From the IMG/VR virus record IMGVR_UViG_3300032260_000016, positions 1-31,361 of that record: 31,361 nucleotides of DNA; one strand, written 5' to 3'. This DNA comes from a virus. Taxonomy: Duplodnaviria > Caudoviricetes. Shown piece after piece: positions 1 through 7,523 of this stretch. Within the stretch, counting starts at the first letter, position 1, and each line of letters opens with the position of its first letter. The notes under the pieces were generated by a model that had not been told where the DNA came from, did not search any database, and was given only the letters and a program-made list of their open reading frames with translations. The translations under genes and the position numbers were made by a program.

Positions 1-1
1 A

Positions 2-583
2 GCTTGGGAGAATAATATGACAGCTTTTAGAGAGAATTATGCCTCTCAGAGAACTCATGAAGATTTAGTAAAACTAGAGAATAGGATACAATACTTTCTC
101 TCTAGTGGTACTGATCCTAAGAGTTATGCGACTCTTGTAGCTAACTGGGCTAATAAAGCAGCAGAGTTTCCTTATCATAAGGAGGAATACTGGTGTAAGA
201 TTATACGCTCTTGCTTTAATGACTCTAAGATGTTCTCTACTCCTATAGCTGATATAAGAGAAGTAAAGGAGTACTGTGAACAGAACATAGAAGCAGGATC
301 TATATACTTCCATGCTCTTATGAGCACGCTGCGAGAAGGTTCGGCTAGACATACTAACTTCTTAGGTCTAGGTTCCACAGCATCTAATAGTTTAGGTTAC
401 ACTCTCTTACCTTCTGACACTACTAAAGATCAGACAGAGGTAGAAGCCATCATAGCTAAAGCTCCAGTAGAGGCTCCAATAAGAGCAGACTATGAATCTG
501 ATCTAGCCTTTATAAGAGCTAAACTAAGGTATAGAGTGGCAATCACGCATAAGAAATCAACATCTAATAATACAGGAAACTAA
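2..583 (+). CDS. Hypothetical phage protein, probably truncated at its 5' end
   Basis: 188-aa ORF from ATG 17; the frame stays open to the window edge (AWENN-M). Confidence 0.75.
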   Translation, partial: AWENNMTAFRENYASQRTHEDLVKLENRIQYFLSSGTDPKSYATLVANWANKAAEFPYHKEEYWCKIIRSCFNDSKMFSTPIADIREVKEYCEQNIEAGSIYFHALMSTLREGSARHTNFLGLGSTASNSLGYTLLPSDTTKDQTEVEAIIAKAPVEAPIRADYESDLAFIRAKLRYRVAITHKKSTSNNTGN

Positions 584-586
584 ACT

Positions 587-949
587 ATGAAACACTCTAA
601 CTACAGAGCACAAAACACACAATACTCTCTCCTTCCAGCAGCAGATGCACTTACCATTTATGGTGTACCTAAGTCTACAGCTATCTATATGAGTCAGAAT
701 TACTGGAGCATAGGAGAAGAATATAGAGATCTATTTAGTGACTATTATATCTTACGCTGGGCTGCTTCTTACTTTCAAGAGAAACTACATGAAGGTACTA
801 TAAAAAGAGAAGGTATAACCTATCAAGTAGTATACCATAGATGTAACTCTGCCACTATAGGTAGAGGTAATCAGCAACTCTTACTCTCTTTCAGAAAGCT
901 ACAAATTGAGTATAAAGCTCAAGCTGTAGTATTGGTGACAATAGCATGA
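587..949 (+). CDS. Hypothetical protein
   Basis: 120-aa ORF starting 3 nt after the previous stop, with AGGA upstream. Confidence 0.65.
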   Translation: MKHSNYRAQNTQYSLLPAADALTIYGVPKSTAIYMSQNYWSIGEEYRDLFSDYYILRWAASYFQEKLHEGTIKREGITYQVVYHRCNSATIGRGNQQLLLSFRKLQIEYKAQAVVLVTIA

Positions 950-1077
950 ATAAGCTAAGAGTGTGGGTACTCACATTAGAGTTAAAGTATTTATGCTTTA
1001 AGCTGGGCATTGTAATACTCAGACGTAAGTATTTACTAAGAAAGAAGAATGAACTTAAAAGGAAACTAGGATTATGA
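946..1077 (+). CDS. Small basic hypothetical protein, 43 aa (not in the ORF track)
   Basis: MNKLRVWVLTLELKYLCFKLGIVILRRKYLLRKKNELKRKLGL; ATGA overlaps with both neighbours. Confidence 0.6.
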   Translation: MNKLRVWVLTLELKYLCFKLGIVILRRKYLLRKKNELKRKLGL

Positions 1078-2846
1078 GTGTTATAAGTAAGAATAGAATG
1101 GCAGAATTATTAGCTAAGAGTAGAGAGAAGAAAGTACCAGAGATACCTCCAGAGGTTACTCCTCCTTCAGCTCTTGTTATGGAGTCTACAGCCCTAACAT
1201 TAGGGAGACTAAGAGCTAAGCTGTTAGCAGGGAAAGGTACTCCTGGAAGAGTAACTCCTCCAGCTTCTTCCCTTCCAGAACCAGAAACTCCTGAAGCTCC
1301 TGAAACTCCTACTCACACTGGCATGGATGGTAAGTTAGTAACTTATAACCAGAAACAGCAAGAATTTATATCTCTTGTAGCTTCTGGTAAGTCCTGCGTA
1401 CTCATTGGTGCGGCAGGCACAGGTAAGACTACTGCTACACAAGGAGCTAATCAAGCATTACTACAAACGGGTAAGGTTCCAATACTCCAAGGCTGTCAAC
1501 ATAAGCATCTTAAGGATGGTACGCCCGGAATACTTCTTATATCTTATACTCGTCGTGCTGTAAACAATATAAGAAAAGTACAATCTGATGAGCTTAAGAA
1601 TAACTGTATTACATCTCATAAGCTATTAGAGTATGCGCCGGAATACTATGAGATAGAAGATCCTATTACTGGTATACCTAAAAAAACTATGCGCTTTGAG
1701 CCTATGAGAAATGAGCATAACCCGCTACCTGCTACTATACATACCATAGAAGTAGAAGAAGGCTCTATGTTATCTACAGAACTGCATGCAGAAATTACCG
1801 CAGCATTAGGTCATGATATACAGTGGATCTTTATAGGAGATATAAACCAGTTACCTCCTGTCTTTGGTCCCGCTATCTTAGGTTTTAAGATGAATGAACT
1901 ACCTGTAATAGAGCTTACAGAAGTCTATCGCCAAGCTCTTGAATCACCTATCATAAGACTAGCTCATAGAATCCTTAGCGGTAAACCTATCCCTGTCTCA
2001 GAGTATGCTTCATGGAAAGAAGAAGGTAAGCTTACAATACACCCTTGGAAGAAGAAACTACACCCTGATATGGCCTTACAGACCTTAGCCGCATTCTTTA
2101 AAGCAGCTTATGATAAAGGCACCTATAACATAGAAGAGGATATGATACTTATACCTTATAATAAGTCCTGTGGAACTATAGAGCTTAATAAGCATATAGC
2201 TAATCATATAGCTAGGAAGAATCTATCCATCACCTATGAAGTAATGGCGGGGTTTAATAAGCATTACTTCTCTGTAGGAGATAAGGTCTTATATGATAAG
2301 GAAGATGCAGAGATACAAGAGATTAGACATAATAAGACTTATACAGGAGGTAGAGTACAGCCTGAATCAGATAGCTTAGACTACTGGGGTTATAACTCTA
2401 ATCCTGAAGCTGCTTATTCCTCTAAAGCTGGGGCTGATATGAGTGCAGAAGATGTAGACTTACTCTTAGAGCAGGTAGCTTCCTCTGAGGATAGAGTAAC
2501 TCAGGCATCCCATACTATAATTGTAAGGCTCCTAGATACAGGGGTAGCAGTGGAGATATCTAAGGCCGCAGAAGTTAATAACTTGCTTCATTCATATGCG
2601 CTAACCGTACATAAGGCACAAGGCTCGGAGTGGAGAAAGGTATTCTTCTGTCTGCACCAGTCTCATGCAACTATGTTACAGAGAGAGTTGCTATATACAG
2701 GAGTTACTAGAGCAAGAGAAGAGCTCTATGTAATATGTGAACCGGAGAGTTTTACTAAAGGTATAATAAGCCAGAAGATTAAAGGTAACACGCTGGCTGA
2801 GAAGGCAGAATTCTTTAAAGGTAAGGAAAGGAAGGAGAAAGGATAA
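1074..2846 (+). CDS. RecD2/Dda-like superfamily 1B DNA helicase
   Basis: GAAGTGKTT (Walker A), VEEGSM (Walker B variant), GDINQLPPV, LTEVYRQ, YALTVHKAQGSEW, RELLYTGVTRA; Pro/Glu-rich N-terminal extension. Confidence 0.93.
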   Translation: MSVISKNRMAELLAKSREKKVPEIPPEVTPPSALVMESTALTLGRLRAKLLAGKGTPGRVTPPASSLPEPETPEAPETPTHTGMDGKLVTYNQKQQEFISLVASGKSCVLIGAAGTGKTTATQGANQALLQTGKVPILQGCQHKHLKDGTPGILLISYTRRAVNNIRKVQSDELKNNCITSHKLLEYAPEYYEIEDPITGIPKKTMRFEPMRNEHNPLPATIHTIEVEEGSMLSTELHAEITAALGHDIQWIFIGDINQLPPVFGPAILGFKMNELPVIELTEVYRQALESPIIRLAHRILSGKPIPVSEYASWKEEGKLTIHPWKKKLHPDMALQTLAAFFKAAYDKGTYNIEEDMILIPYNKSCGTIELNKHIANHIARKNLSITYEVMAGFNKHYFSVGDKVLYDKEDAEIQEIRHNKTYTGGRVQPESDSLDYWGYNSNPEAAYSSKAGADMSAEDVDLLLEQVASSEDRVTQASHTIIVRLLDTGVAVEISKAAEVNNLLHSYALTVHKAQGSEWRKVFFCLHQSHATMLQRELLYTGVTRAREELYVICEPESFTKGIISQKIKGNTLAEKAEFFKGKERKEKG

Positions 2847-3028
2847 TGGCTTATACTTATTGTAGTAAGTGTGATAAAGAGTTAGATCAGCCATCTCCTA
2901 GAGAGATATTAGAGCAAGAGATAACATGCTCTTGTGGTAAGGTCTTTGAGATGAGTGACTATGAAAAGACAGAATTTCTCATAGAGTTAGAAGAAAGAGT
3001 AAAAGCTATAGAGGAGAGACTAGCATGA
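2846..3028 (+). CDS. Small zinc-ribbon protein with coiled-coil tail
   Basis: CSKC...CSC motif; AAGGA RBS; TAATG coupling to the helicase. Confidence 0.7.
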   Translation: MAYTYCSKCDKELDQPSPREILEQEITCSCGKVFEMSDYEKTEFLIELEERVKAIEERLA

Positions 3029-3165
3029 GACTATTTGATATAAGCTCTTGGGCATTACTCATTACATTAGCTACCTCCTTAGTCTATATGGAGATTCCCT
3101 ATGTATTTGGACTTCTTATAATGGTTATTGTAGGACACGCTATAGACGAGTTAGCTAGACTCTAA
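3025..3165 (+). CDS. Small membrane protein, 46 aa (not in the ORF track)
   Basis: MRLFDISSWALLITLATSLVYMEIPYVFGLLIMVIVGHAIDELARL; two hydrophobic segments; ATGA overlap. Confidence 0.6.
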   Translation: MRLFDISSWALLITLATSLVYMEIPYVFGLLIMVIVGHAIDELARL

Positions 3166-3184
3166 CCTAAGAACAAATCAGCGC

Positions 3185-3212
3185 TTGACACATACCAACA
3201 CCATGATACACT
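3185..3212 (+). promoter_or_regulatory. Sigma70-type promoter with extended -10
   Basis: Perfect TTGACA (3185-3190), 16-nt spacer containing TG at 3204-3205, then TACACT (3207-3212); intergenic and upstream of 3311. Confidence 0.75.
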
Positions 3213-3224
3213 ACCTACTCAAAG

Positions 3225-3298
3225 TTGCAGGATCTTTCCCTAAAACCTGCAAACAAACCTTACTAGCTAGTAAGATTTATATATAAATCTCTTATAAG
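3225..3298. repeat. Hairpin followed by three abutting perfect palindromes in the 5' leader
   Basis: TTGCAGG/CCTGCAA stem (3225-3252); CTTACTAGCTAGTAAG (3259-3274); AGATTTATATATAAATCT (3273-3290); CTTATAAG (3291-3298). Confidence 0.85.
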
Positions 3299-3310
3299 GA
3301 AAGTATAACA

Positions 3311-4072
3311 ATGAATGACAACACAGCACAAGACACAGAACTACAAGCAGAAACACCTAACCCTGTTGCTGCTACCGGCCCTGTAACTATCGTGGCCACT
3401 AACCCAACAGCGGAAGAAATGAAAAATCTCTGTGAAAACCTTAAAGTTAACCATGACTTCAAGGTAGATGTAAAGCCTATTCGCTTTAACTTTAAAAAAC
3501 AGAAAGACAAAAGTAGCGGTATCGAAACCATCCGTGAAGCTGTAGACTTAGCTCTGCCTGTACCTTCTGTCGAAGGTATCATCGATATCCTGCAAGCTAC
3601 AGATGAAGATGGTAAGAATAAGCAGCTTGAACTCCTGCAAGATGCTATCGAAGGCGTAATTACAGCTATTGCCCGTGATATCATCTCAGAAGATCATAAG
3701 ATCAATGCATCTAACTTTCCTATTGATAAAGTGTCCTGGAACGCTATCGCTAATATGCCTAAAGCACAGCGTCGTGGCGGCGGCATTCCTAAAGAAGTAT
3801 GGGAAGCTTTTGCACAAGATTACATCGAAGTCATGCCAGAAGTTACTGGTAAAGGTGTTGACCAGGTATCTCGTGCAGCGAGCTTATTCCTTAATAAGCT
3901 TTCTAGCGTTCGTACAGCAGAGCCTATTCTGCTACTTCTTATCGATCAGCTTGCCATCTATGCTGAAAACTCTCCTAACATTGAGGAATATAAAGAGTGT
4001 GTTGAGTTCTTACTGAACAAAGCAGACACTTTCCTCAATATCTCTCCTGAAGACCTGCTTGCTAATCTATAG
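3311..4072 (+). CDS. Acidic hypothetical protein, probably highly expressed
   Basis: 253 aa; TAAGGA RBS; own promoter; only ATC/ATT for Ile and CGT/CGC for Arg. Confidence 0.9.
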   Translation: MNDNTAQDTELQAETPNPVAATGPVTIVATNPTAEEMKNLCENLKVNHDFKVDVKPIRFNFKKQKDKSSGIETIREAVDLALPVPSVEGIIDILQATDEDGKNKQLELLQDAIEGVITAIARDIISEDHKINASNFPIDKVSWNAIANMPKAQRRGGGIPKEVWEAFAQDYIEVMPEVTGKGVDQVSRAASLFLNKLSSVRTAEPILLLLIDQLAIYAENSPNIEEYKECVEFLLNKADTFLNISPEDLLANL

Positions 4073-4085
4073 GGGTATAGATAAG

Positions 4086-4296
4086 TAAGAATCTTCAAGG
4101 TTCTTGTATTAGCTCCCGCCATCTGAATTTATTATATCCTCTTAGTCAGATAAGAGTATGTAGTAAAGGTGGGAGCTATCTTAAAAAGAGACTCTTTGTA
4201 TAAGATGACTACCGCTCCCCAGCTTCCCCGTCATCTAGTATAGCTAAGACCTCCCCTCTTAGTTGTATGCATGTACAGAGAGTCTCCCTTTAAGAT
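4086..4296 (+). ncRNA. Candidate structured non-coding RNA: bulged long hairpin plus three-way junction with C-rich loops
   Basis: Stems 4086-4094/4098-4106, 4110-4120/4168-4178, 4128-4144/4151-4167, 4177-4184/4289-4296, 4188-4202/4272-4286, 4203-4209/4230-4236, 4238-4249/4257-4268; nearly all non-Watson-Crick pairs are G-U on the + strand. Confidence 0.7.
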
Positions 4297-4358
4297 ACAG
4301 AATGATACAGATACAAAGTAGTAATAACACCAGTAACAACTCTTAGTAGCGAGGTAAT

Positions 4359-4610
4359 GTGAGACAGTATCAGCCCATATGGGAAGAGATTAAGAAAAAG
4401 AAGATGGCTACTATAGTAGCTCCTGCTTTCTCACATAAGAAGATAATACAAGCTGTAATGAAAGAACGCTGTGAAGATTTAGCTTTCCGTAACCTACTTA
4501 GAAAAAAGAATATAGTAATGAGATTAGAGAAAGAAGCAGATGCAGAGAAAGGACTTATAGAATTCAGATTAGTAGTCTTATATAGAGGAACACAAATAGA
4601 GGACTTATAA
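4359..4610 (+). CDS. Small basic hypothetical protein
   Basis: 83 aa, Lys/Arg-rich; GAGGT RBS just upstream of a GTG start. Confidence 0.75.
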   Translation: MRQYQPIWEEIKKKKMATIVAPAFSHKKIIQAVMKERCEDLAFRNLLRKKNIVMRLEKEADAEKGLIEFRLVVLYRGTQIEDL

Positions 4611-4612
4611 GA

Positions 4613-4945
4613 GTATGGTAGTGATTGATTATGTTACTGGATATACTGATACTACATGCACTAACATTGCTGCTTACTGTGATACACGGATAGTATCCAT
4701 CCGTGCCCTTCCAGCTCATATGTCTTACTCTCTACCTAAGTTAAAGATACCTATTCGTAAGGGGCCAAAACAAGACTGGTATATACCCCTATATGCGTTA
4801 CCAAAAGGCCAGTCTCCTAGAACTAACCGCCCTCTTCAGAGAGCTTCAAGTTATGGCTGACTACTCTAGCCCTCAGAAGTAACTGATATAGAGAAAGAGC
4901 TACCCTTATATGCGAGAGGGTTATGGTGAAGGGTAGCTCTTTTAT
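4613..4945 (+). ncRNA. Second candidate structured RNA region, overlapping the doubtful ORF 4615-4860
   Basis: Stems CACGGAT/ATCCGTG (4685-4705), CCCTT/AAGGG (4706-4763), AGACTGGT/GCCAGTCT (4773-4815) enclosing a CCCC-loop hairpin, CTAGA/TCTAG (4817-4869), and a 14-bp terminal stem. Confidence 0.45.
4894..4944 (+). terminator. Perfect 14-bp inverted repeat: terminator or RNA processing stem
   Basis: AAAGAGCTACCCTT (4894-4907) / AAGGGTAGCTCTTT (4929-4942), ending in a short T run. Confidence 0.55.
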
Positions 4946-4980
4946 AAGATATAATTTAGAAAATATAGGAGGTATAAATT

Positions 4981-5172
4981 ATGAGTAAGCCAGAAGATAC
5001 AATCATAATGAATAAAGCCAGCTTTACTAAAGCCATTGTATATGGTATAGGTAATGCAGTGCTTGTACCTTCAGATAAGATCGAACAATGGTATGAACAG
5101 AATGCACATAAGCATATGGCTTATGCTAATTACTTATTTAGTATAGAGCTTAAGAGACAAAGGAGTCTATAA
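4981..5172 (+). CDS. Hypothetical protein
   Basis: 63 aa; perfect AGGAGGT RBS. Confidence 0.75.
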   Translation: MSKPEDTIIMNKASFTKAIVYGIGNAVLVPSDKIEQWYEQNAHKHMAYANYLFSIELKRQRSL

Positions 5173-5175
5173 TCT

Positions 5176-5421
5176 ATGAACTGGAAACCTATAAGTACAG
5201 CTCCCAAGAATACAGCTGTTTTGCTCTTCTCAGAAGATTTCATCGATGAGGACTTTAACCCTACTGGAGTAGTTGATGGGCACTGGAGTGATGACACAGA
5301 ATGGACTATATGGCAATGGAATGGGTATCAAGACTGCTTTGATACTATTAATAATGTCAATCCTACCCATTGGGCACCTAAGCTCTCTCCTATAATAAAA
5401 GCAGAAGAGGATAATCTATGA
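5176..5421 (+). CDS. DUF551-like small phage protein
   Basis: N-terminal WKPISTAPK and C-terminal PTHW signatures. Confidence 0.8.
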   Translation: MNWKPISTAPKNTAVLLFSEDFIDEDFNPTGVVDGHWSDDTEWTIWQWNGYQDCFDTINNVNPTHWAPKLSPIIKAEEDNL

Positions 5422-5696
5422 GCACGCCAGCGCCTAATCAAGCATTCGCTATACAAGAGAAACTAGCAACCTTAGAGGAGGCTCTTACTAATAGCACTCC
5501 GGGCATAGCTACACTCTTACGAGACATACACTCTTCTCTTAAGAAAGATCCAGATGTAGTTACTCTCCTAAGCGAGGAAGAGTGTGAGATTCTGGTGCGT
5601 GGACTTAAGAAACAGACAAGTACAGAGATAGCTGTATCTGCTATGAAGAGTAAGGGAGCTAAGCCTCTTAAGAAAACTACACTGGATGACTTATAG
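5418..5696 (+). CDS. Hypothetical helical protein
   Basis: 92 aa; GAGGA RBS; ATGA overlap. Confidence 0.8.
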   Translation: MSTPAPNQAFAIQEKLATLEEALTNSTPGIATLLRDIHSSLKKDPDVVTLLSEEECEILVRGLKKQTSTEIAVSAMKSKGAKPLKKTTLDDL

Positions 5697-5698
5697 CT

Positions 5699-6013
5699 AT
5701 GGGTATGGCTGATACCCCTAATGATGTTTTTGATGACTCCCTTGGCACTGTAACCTTCATAGCTAAGAAACTCTCTAAGAGATTAGACTGTAATATAAAC
5801 ATAGGCAGGATAAAGAAAAAGACAAACACAGCTGTATTAGTAATAGCTTTATTTCATATAGACGGTGAGACTTGCTTAGACTCATTCACATTAGAGCTAG
5901 ATACAGAGTTCTTTAATGAGCTTGCAGCTAAAGACACTCTATTCACTCTAGTAGAGGATACATACCTACAGCTTATACAAGATGAGTCTGACCCTCTTAT
6001 AGACACGCACTAG
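5699..6013 (+). CDS. Hypothetical acidic protein
   Basis: 104-aa ORF tightly packed in the operon. Confidence 0.7.
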   Translation: MGMADTPNDVFDDSLGTVTFIAKKLSKRLDCNINIGRIKKKTNTAVLVIALFHIDGETCLDSFTLELDTEFFNELAAKDTLFTLVEDTYLQLIQDESDPLIDTH

Positions 6014-6021
6014 AATCAGAT

Positions 6022-6396
6022 ATGAATGCCTCTAGCCCCTCTAACTTAAGCTCCCGCTTGTCCTCTCTAAGAGAGAGTGTAAATACAAGTGTGCGTAGCG
6101 AAGTTAAGAGCTCTACACCCTTAGCTACATTCCTGCATATTTATAATAGTGCATGGAGAGAATGTTATACAGATTATATGGAGGGAGCAAAAGTATTAGC
6201 TTCCTTCTTAGCTCCAATAGAGATACCAAATACAAAGAGTGCTTATACTCCTCCTACTATGGTATGCGGTTATGAGATGACAGAGTTAGCTAAGCATCTT
6301 ACAGGCTATAGGATTAATAAAGACCTAGGAGCAGTAAGGAACGCAGAGAGAGCTATACTATTAAGTATATTAGAGAATTTAAGAGAGGGAGAATAG
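6022..6396 (+). CDS. Hypothetical protein
   Basis: 124-aa ORF with Ser-rich N-terminus. Confidence 0.7.
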   Translation: MNASSPSNLSSRLSSLRESVNTSVRSEVKSSTPLATFLHIYNSAWRECYTDYMEGAKVLASFLAPIEIPNTKSAYTPPTMVCGYEMTELAKHLTGYRINKDLGAVRNAERAILLSILENLREGE

Positions 6397-6398
6397 GT

Positions 6399-6488
6399 AT
6401 GATACATTATAGAACTTATATGCAGGCATTAAAAGCTTACGATGAGTATGTAAGATTAAACTACCCTCCCCGTGAATGGTTTAGATAG
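6399..6488 (+). CDS. Putative 29-aa peptide (not in the ORF track)
   Basis: MIHYRTYMQALKAYDEYVRLNYPPREWFR; fills the gap with 2-nt spacing on each side; GGAG upstream. Confidence 0.5.
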   Translation: MIHYRTYMQALKAYDEYVRLNYPPREWFR

Positions 6489-6490
6489 TA

Positions 6491-7519
6491 ATGAATAATT
6501 CATTAGATGATTTCCTAGGTTCAGATCTAATAGAATCAGAAGTCTATGAAGAGATAGAAAGATCTTACAGATCAGGCGAGTTAGCTACATTCTCCGGTAT
6601 CGATCCTCGGCTGCAACTTATCTCTCACTCTTCCAGAACTACTCTACATAAGTGTCCTCGTAAATTCCAACTCTATCGCCTGAACTCTAAAGACTCAGGT
6701 GAAGAAGATAAAGAGCAGGGAGTAACCTTTGCTTATGGTCATGCTGTAGGAGTAGGTATCCAGAGTGTATTAGAAGGTAAGACAGAGACTCAAGTATGTA
6801 TAGATATGCTCTTATCATGGGAAGTAGATCTCTTAGATAGAAATGATAGGCAGAAGAAGTCTTTCTGGGAAGCTATCTTTGCTATCCGCAGATTCGTACA
6901 CATGAGAGAGTCCGGCTATCTAGAAGATTATGAGCTTGTATATTATAATGGTAAGCCCGCAGTAGAGCTTAGTTTTGCAGTCCAGCTACCTGATGGATTT
7001 AGTTATAGAGGACATGTAGATGCAGTATTAAGGCATAAGATTACAGGGGCAGTAGTAGTCCTAGAGTGTAAGACTTCTAGCGGTCAGCCTAACAGCGCAC
7101 AATATAAGAATAGCGGACAAGCATTAGGTTATTCCATAGTATTAGATATTCTATTCCCTAAGCTCTCTTCTTACTCTGTATTATATCTCGTGTATTATAC
7201 AAAGGGCAGAGATTTTATAGAACTTAATTTTGACAAGAGTCTCTTACAAAGAGCGCTATGGTTACAAGAACTCCTTATAGACTCTAAGCATATAGAATTA
7301 TACGAAGACTTTGGAGCATATCCTATGCATGGTGAGTCTTGCTATGATTTCTTTAAGCCTTGTGAGTATCTAGGGTTATGCACACTGAATACAGAGAATC
7401 TGATTACTCCTCTTACTGTAGCTAAGTTAGCTGAGATAGAAGAGAAAGAAAAGAAGTATGAATTTATAGTAGATTTCTATGATCTTGTAGAAAGCCAGAT
7501 AGCTAAAGGAGAGGAATAA
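6491..7519 (+). CDS. PD-(D/E)XK exonuclease, Cas4/RecB-like, with probable Fe-S cysteines
   Basis: SHSS...CPRKF, G.A.G, VELSF, GHVDAV...ECKT, Q..GY, and C-terminal C-x6-C-x5-C. Confidence 0.88.
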   Translation: MNNSLDDFLGSDLIESEVYEEIERSYRSGELATFSGIDPRLQLISHSSRTTLHKCPRKFQLYRLNSKDSGEEDKEQGVTFAYGHAVGVGIQSVLEGKTETQVCIDMLLSWEVDLLDRNDRQKKSFWEAIFAIRRFVHMRESGYLEDYELVYYNGKPAVELSFAVQLPDGFSYRGHVDAVLRHKITGAVVVLECKTSSGQPNSAQYKNSGQALGYSIVLDILFPKLSSYSVLYLVYYTKGRDFIELNFDKSLLQRALWLQELLIDSKHIELYEDFGAYPMHGESCYDFFKPCEYLGLCTLNTENLITPLTVAKLAEIEEKEKKYEFIVDFYDLVESQIAKGEE

Positions 7520-7523
7520 GAAT

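Noticed and set aside
4615-4860. 81-aa ORF as a protein-coding gene
   Set aside because: Weak RBS, non-protein-like sequence and dense RNA-type pairing; not excluded, but not called as CDS
4883-4945. Hammerhead ribozyme (CTGATA...GAAA followed by a stem)
   Set aside because: The core is CUGAUAU rather than CUGANGA, there is no stem II, and stem I would have only about 3 bp
4073-4945. tRNA or tmRNA genes
   Set aside because: No T-loop GTTCRA, acceptor stem with CCA, or tag reading frame ending in Ala-Ala-stop was found
6491-7519. CRISPR-Cas system, suggested by the Cas4-like nuclease
   Set aside because: No repeat-spacer array or other cas genes; stand-alone Cas4-like nucleases beside Sak4 and SSB are ordinary phage recombination genes
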